From assembly GCA_965203055.1 (NCBI GenBank), contig OZ241863.1, positions 2,304,001 to 2,368,000 on the forward strand: a stretch of 64,000 bases of DNA, written 5' to 3'. Positions 59,417 through 64,000 of the stretch are shown piece by piece. Source of the DNA: Spirochaetia bacterium. Lineage in GTDB: Bacteria; Spirochaetota; Spirochaetia; SZUA-6; Bin103. The translations under genes were made by a program, and so were the position numbers. Below the pieces are notes generated by a model. That model was not told the DNA's origin and did no database searches. It saw nothing but the letters and a program-made list of their open reading frames with translations. How positions within the stretch are numbered: position 1 is the stretch's first letter; each line of letters starts with the position of its first letter.

Positions 59417-61462
59417 TCAGCGCCCGGCGGCGGCCTCGGCGGCCTGCGCGCGCTTGATCACGTCCTCGGCCAGGCGTCCGGTCAGCGGAGCATAGTGGGC
59501 GAACTCCACCTCGAACGACGCGGTGCCGGAGGTCATCGACTTGAGGTCGATGGCGTAGCGCAGCAGCTCCGCCTGCGGCACCAGCGCCTTGACCTCCAGC
59601 ATGCCGGCGCCGGCCGGCTCCTGGCCCTGGATGCGCCCGCGCCGGCCACTCAGGTCCGACAGCACGTCGCCAAGGTACTGTTCCTCGACGATTACCGTCA
59701 GGCCGGCGACCGGTTCCAGGAGCACCGGCCGGGCCTGCTCGACCGCGCTGCGCAGCGCGCCGCGGGCGGCCAGCGCGAACGCCAGCTCCGACGAGTCGAC
59801 CGAGTGCTCCTTGCCGTCCACCAGCGTGGCTTCGATGCCCATCACCGGAAAGCCGGCCAGCACCCCCTCGGCCATCCCCTCGCGCAGCCCCTTTTCGACC
59901 CCCGGGATGTAGCCCTTGGAGATGGCGCCGCCGACGATCTGGTTGACGAACGTGAACTCCTCGCCGTTCGCCAGCGGCCGGATCTTGATCTCCACCTTGG
60001 CGTACTGGCCGTGGCCGCCGGTCTGCTTCTTGTGCTGGTACTCGGCGCCGGCGGAGCCGTTGATGGTCTCGCGGTAGGCGATGCGCGGCACGTTGGTCCG
60101 CACTTCCACCTTGGCGGCGTTCTTGAGCCGCTCCAGCGCGATGGAAAGCTGCAGCTCGCCCATGGTGGACACTACCGTTTCGCGGGTCTCGCCGTTGTAG
60201 CGGACCCGGAAGGTGGGGTCTTCCTCGGCGACGCGGCTCAGGAACTGTCCCAGCTTGTCCTCATCCTTCTTGGACGCGGCGGCCACGGTCACCGCGTGCA
60301 CCGGCTGCGGCAGGTCCAACGGCGGATAGCTCAGCTCCGAATCCTGGGCCAGGGTGTCGCCGGTGGCGGCGCTGGCAAGCTTGGTCAGCACCCCCAGATC
60401 GCCGGCGGCAAGCGCCGGAACATCCTTCAGGCCGGCGCCTTGCAGCGCGTACAGCTTGCTGATGCGCTCCTTCTTGCCGTCGCGCGTGGTGACCAGCTCG
60501 GCGTCCGGGGTCAGCCGGCCGCTCATGACCTTGATCCAGGACAGCTTGCCGGAGTACTGGTCCAGACTGGTCTTGAACACGAACGCCGACGGCTCGCCCT
60601 CGGCGCTGACCGGGGGCTCGCCGGCCGCCGCCAGCGGCGACGGCGCCGCCAGCCGGATCAGGTCCAGCAAGCTGGCGACCCCCGCGTTGAGGGTAGCGGA
60701 GCCGGCCACCACCGGCACCACCTGGCCGGCCTGCAGCGACGCCGCCAGGCCGGTCCGCACCTCCGCTTCGCTCAAGGTCTCCTCTTCGAGGTACTTCTCC
60801 ATGAGCGTGTCATCGCCTTCGGCCGCGCCTTCGATCAGACCCTGCCGGTACTCTTCGACGCTGTCCGCGGCCGCTTCCGGCACGGCGCCGGGAGACTCCT
60901 TGCCGCCGGTATGGGTCAACGCCGTGCCGCCGACCAGGTCCACCACCCCGGAGAACCCGGCGCCGGCGCCGAGCGGCACCACCGCCGGGACGAAGTTGCC
61001 GCCCAGCTTCTCCTGCAGATCGGCCACCACGTTGGCGAAGTCGGCGTGCTCCTTGTCCATCTGATTGACGAACACGACGCGCGGGATACCCGCGCTCCGC
61101 AGGCGCCGCCACAGCTTGGCGGTCTCGATCTGCACGCCCACGTCGGCGCCGACCGTCACTACCGCCAGATCGGCAACGTGCAGCGCGGACGCCACCTCGC
61201 CGACGAAGTCCGCCGAGCCGGGGGTGTCGAGCAGGTTGATCTTGGCGCCCTTCCATTGCAGGTGGGCCATGGCGGCGTGCACGGAGATGCCGCGCGCGAT
61301 TTCCTCAGGGGTGTGATCGCTGATCGACTTGCCGCCGTCGACCGGAGCGAACTTGGCCACCTCGCCGCCCTGCACCAGGGCCTGCTCCATCAGTGAGGTC
61401 TTCCCGGTACCGCCGTGACCGATGATCGCAACGTTGCGGATGTCGGAAGATGCCGTGCTCAT
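59417..61462 (-). CDS. Elongation factor G-like protein (EF-G II type, divergent GTPase motifs)
   Basis: GHGGTGKTSL, RGIS, DTPGSADF, NQMD; domain IV KKQTGGHGQY and HSVDSSE intact. Confidence 0.92.
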   Translation of the reverse strand: MSTASSDIRNVAIIGHGGTGKTSLMEQALVQGGEVAKFAPVDGGKSISDHTPEEIARGISVHAAMAHLQWKGAKINLLDTPGSADFVGEVASALHVADLAVVTVGADVGVQIETAKLWRRLRSAGIPRVVFVNQMDKEHADFANVVADLQEKLGGNFVPAVVPLGAGAGFSGVVDLVGGTALTHTGGKESPGAVPEAAADSVEEYRQGLIEGAAEGDDTLMEKYLEEETLSEAEVRTGLAASLQAGQVVPVVAGSATLNAGVASLLDLIRLAAPSPLAAAGEPPVSAEGEPSAFVFKTSLDQYSGKLSWIKVMSGRLTPDAELVTTRDGKKERISKLYALQGAGLKDVPALAAGDLGVLTKLASAATGDTLAQDSELSYPPLDLPQPVHAVTVAAASKKDEDKLGQFLSRVAEEDPTFRVRYNGETRETVVSTMGELQLSIALERLKNAAKVEVRTNVPRIAYRETINGSAGAEYQHKKQTGGHGQYAKVEIKIRPLANGEEFTFVNQIVGGAISKGYIPGVEKGLREGMAEGVLAGFPVMGIEATLVDGKEHSVDSSELAFALAARGALRSAVEQARPVLLEPVAGLTVIVEEQYLGDVLSDLSGRRGRIQGQEPAGAGMLEVKALVPQAELLRYAIDLKSMTSGTASFEVEFAHYAPLTGRLAEDVIKRAQAAEAAAGR

Positions 61463-61557
61463 GGCTGTGAGTCTCCTTGCCTGGGAAGTGGCAGGCGCAT
61501 CCAAAAGAGCCGCTCGGGTGGGGACGATCGCGGGGAGACGGCGCCGTGCCGTGCGGC

Positions 61558-61587
61558 ATGGTAGGTGCGCCGGGCGCCTCTTGTCAA
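61558..61587 (-). promoter_or_regulatory. Putative promoter of EF-G-like gene (TTGACA-18-TACCAT)
   Basis: Consensus -35 and near-consensus -10 between the two EF-G genes. Confidence 0.6.
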
Positions 61588-61636
61588 CGTTACGGGCGCG
61601 GCGCGCGCGGCGGGCGGCCCCTGAGCGGGCGCCGCT

Positions 61637-63661
61637 TCAGGCGGCCGCGGCGCGCGGCGCGAAGTGCGTGAAGGTCATGACGAAGGAGCCGCGGCCCTGG
61701 GTGAGGCTGCGCAGCGCGGTGGAGTAGCCGAACAGCCGCGCCAGCGCGGCGTGGGCCGTTACCTGCTCGCCGGAGGCGCCCGACTCCACCGCCAGCACGG
61801 TGGCGCCGCGCATCCCCAGGTTGCCGATTACCTCGCCCACGAATTCCCGCGGCACGGTGACCTCCAGCTCCATGACCGGCTCCAACAGGGTAGGCGCGGC
61901 GGCGCGGCAGGCGTCGTAGAAGGCCATCGCCCCGGCGGCCTCGAAGGCCAACGCCGATGAGACCGCGGCATCGTATACCGCCGCCTCGATGGTAGCCGCG
62001 ATGTCGATCGTCGGGTAGCCGTACCGTACGCCGGAGTTCATGGCATTGCGGACGCCGTCCCGCAGCGCCGCGGCGACCTGCTCCGGCAGCGCCTCCGGCG
62101 CCAGTTCGCTGCGCACCACGTTGCCGGCGCCGCGCGGCTGCGGCTGCACGCGCAGGGTGAGCTCCGCCACGTGTTCCGCTCCGCCGATGGTGCGCTGGTA
62201 GCGCTGGTGAAAGCGGGCGCGGCCGGCGATCGACTCGCGCAACGCCACCTGCGGCTGCCCTACCCGCGCCGGCACGCGGAACTCCTCGGCCAGGCGCCGC
62301 AGTACGACGTCGAGGTGCAGTTCGCCCATGCCGGAGATCACGATCTGCCCGGTCTCCTCGCTCTCCCGGACGAAGAAGGTGGGATCCTCGCGCGCCACCA
62401 CCTCCAACGCGGCGCGCAGCCGGGCGGCGTCGGAAGCGGTGAGCGGTTCCACCGCCGCGGAGATCACCGGCTCGGGGAACGTCATCCGCTCCAGCAGCAG
62501 GTGCGCGCCGTCGCCGCCCAGCGTGTCGCCGGTGCGCACCTGCTTCAGCCCTACGGCCACCGCGATGTCGCCGGCCGCCAGCTCGGTCAGCGGCTCCGAG
62601 CGGTTGGCGCGCATGCGCAGCAGGCGCCCGATGCGCTCGCGCCCGCCGCGCCCCACGTTGCGTACCGCGGCGCCGCTGCGGAACCGCCCGGCATAGGCGC
62701 GCACGTAGCTGAGCAGCCCCGCCTCGCGGTCGCTGCGCAACTTGAACACCAATCCCAGCGCCGGGCCGGAGGCGGCGCGCGGCACCGCCGCGGCGGCGCC
62801 GGAGCGGCTCAACGCGGCCGGCGGCGGGACGTCGTCCGGCGCCGGCAGATAGTCTACCACCGCGTCCAGCAGCGGCTGCACCCCGGCGTTGCGCAACGCC
62901 GCGCCGCACAGCACCGGCACCAGCGTCCCGGCGATGGTGCGCCGGCGTATCTCCGCGCGCAGCAGACGCGCCGGGAGCGGCCTGCCTTCCAGGTAGCGGG
63001 CGGTTATCTCGTCCGATTCATTGGCCAGCTCATCCAGCAACCGTTCGCGGGCGGCCGCGGCCGCCGCTTGCAGCGCGGCGGGAATCGGCACCCGCTCCAC
63101 CGACTCGCCATGCGCGCCGGCGAAGCGCAGCCCGGTCTGCTCGACCAGATCGGCGATGCCGGTGAAGCCGCTCTCGGTGCCGAACGGAAGCTGCACCGGC
63201 AGCGGCGTTCCGCCCAGCCGGCGCTGCATTTCGCCGAGCACCGCGTCGAAGCGGGCGCCGACCCGGTCCAGCTTGTTGATGAACGCCACGCGCGGCACGC
63301 GGTGGCGGTCGCTCTGCCGCCACACCGTCTCCGTCTGCGGCTCCACTCCCTCCACGGCCGAAAAGATGCCAATGGCGCCGTCCAGTACCCGCAGCGCCCG
63401 CTCGACCTCCGCCGTGAAGTCGACGTGGCCGGGCGTATCGATCAGGTTGATCTGGTGGCCGCGCCAGTAGCAGGTGATGGCGGCCGCGGTGATGGTGATG
63501 CCGCGCTCCTGCTCCTGGACCATCCAGTCCATGGTCGCCTCACCGTCGTCCACCTCGCCCATGCGGTGGTTCAATCCGGTGTAGAACAGGATCCGCTCGG
63601 TGGTGGTGGTCTTGCCCGCGTCGATGTGCGCGACGATGCCGATGTTGCGGATCTCGGGCAT
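61637..63661 (-). CDS. fusA: Elongation factor G paralog with divergent domain IV (probable recycling-type EF-G2)
   Basis: AHIDAGKTTT, QERGITI, DTPGHVDF, NKLD canonical; domain IV loops degenerate (YQRTIGGA, YDAAVSS). Confidence 0.9.
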   Translation of the reverse strand: MPEIRNIGIVAHIDAGKTTTTERILFYTGLNHRMGEVDDGEATMDWMVQEQERGITITAAAITCYWRGHQINLIDTPGHVDFTAEVERALRVLDGAIGIFSAVEGVEPQTETVWRQSDRHRVPRVAFINKLDRVGARFDAVLGEMQRRLGGTPLPVQLPFGTESGFTGIADLVEQTGLRFAGAHGESVERVPIPAALQAAAAAARERLLDELANESDEITARYLEGRPLPARLLRAEIRRRTIAGTLVPVLCGAALRNAGVQPLLDAVVDYLPAPDDVPPPAALSRSGAAAAVPRAASGPALGLVFKLRSDREAGLLSYVRAYAGRFRSGAAVRNVGRGGRERIGRLLRMRANRSEPLTELAAGDIAVAVGLKQVRTGDTLGGDGAHLLLERMTFPEPVISAAVEPLTASDAARLRAALEVVAREDPTFFVRESEETGQIVISGMGELHLDVVLRRLAEEFRVPARVGQPQVALRESIAGRARFHQRYQRTIGGAEHVAELTLRVQPQPRGAGNVVRSELAPEALPEQVAAALRDGVRNAMNSGVRYGYPTIDIAATIEAAVYDAAVSSALAFEAAGAMAFYDACRAAAPTLLEPVMELEVTVPREFVGEVIGNLGMRGATVLAVESGASGEQVTAHAALARLFGYSTALRSLTQGRGSFVMTFTHFAPRAAAA

Positions 63662-63724
63662 GGCAACGCCGGCACTATAGCCGGTAGCGACCGTTCGGAG
63701 TAGTCGGCGGTGAGCGGTGCGCGT

Positions 63725-64000
63725 TCAGCCCGCGCCGGGTACCAGCAGGACCGCCATGAGCCGGCAGCGCAGTCCGCCGCCGTCACGCCGCGAAGAGTGC
63801 AGCCGCAAGCTGCAGCAGGTGCATTCGGCCACCGCGCGCAGGTCGCGCACCCCGAGGCGGCGCAGCAGGATGGCGTTGGCGGCGTGCAGGTCCAGGGCGC
63901 GGTTGCCGGGGCGCACCGCGGCGGCGCCGTAGCGGTCGCGGAACAGCCGGTAGCGGGCGGCGTCCACCCGGTAGCAGCAGGCCCCGATAGCGGGCCCCAG
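63725..64000 (-). CDS. pgeF: YfiH/PgeF (laccase-domain, purine nucleoside phosphorylase) family protein, C-terminal part
   Basis: LGPAIG.CCY.V, LDL..AN...L, CTCC....HS.RRDG. Confidence 0.85.
   Translation of the reverse strand: MGPAIGACCYRVDAARYRLFRDRYGAAAVRPGNRALDLHAANAILLRRLGVRDLRAVAECTCCSLRLHSSRRDGGGLRCRLMAVLLVPGAG

Noticed and set aside
52467..59495. Very long plus-strand ORFs (1101 aa, 1196 aa) and many similar shadow ORFs across the window
   Set aside because: Antisense shadows of real genes caused by stop-codon scarcity at high GC; no motifs

Overview
High-GC bacterial chromosome segment. The gene orders gltX-glyQS-tyrS and rpsT-HU/IHF-lnt-regulator-rho, two Lnt paralogs and EF-G paralogs outside the str operon suggest a spirochaete (inference). 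The housekeeping backbone includes a sigma-54-driven urtABCDE-ureABCFG operon with a displaced ureD, a glycolipid-type modification/export cluster, mtnN, tRNA-Leu(UAA), rho, three aminoacyl-tRNA synthetases and tandem EF-G paralogs. Three accessory regions interrupt it. (1) 3.8-8.5 kb: a lower-GC two-gene cassette encoding a SNF2 helicase and an actin/Hsp70-fold ATPase, my best candidate for an undescribed system. (2) 10.2-14.9 kb: a rearranged mosaic of IS21-type ends, istB remnants, three rpn copies (two with an intragenic SD+ATG for a small antitoxin), a vapBC pair whose toxin is cut by an IS end, and a duplicated ureG 3' end. (3) 44.2-59.4 kb: a defence island with a BREX-related SNF2-DUF3883/DUF1156 methylase/DUF499 ATPase operon, a lower-GC ParB-like + PD-(D/E)XK nuclease pair and tandem AAA-nuclease paralogs. 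All product calls come from motif recognition by eye; no database searches were run and GC differences are visual impressions.
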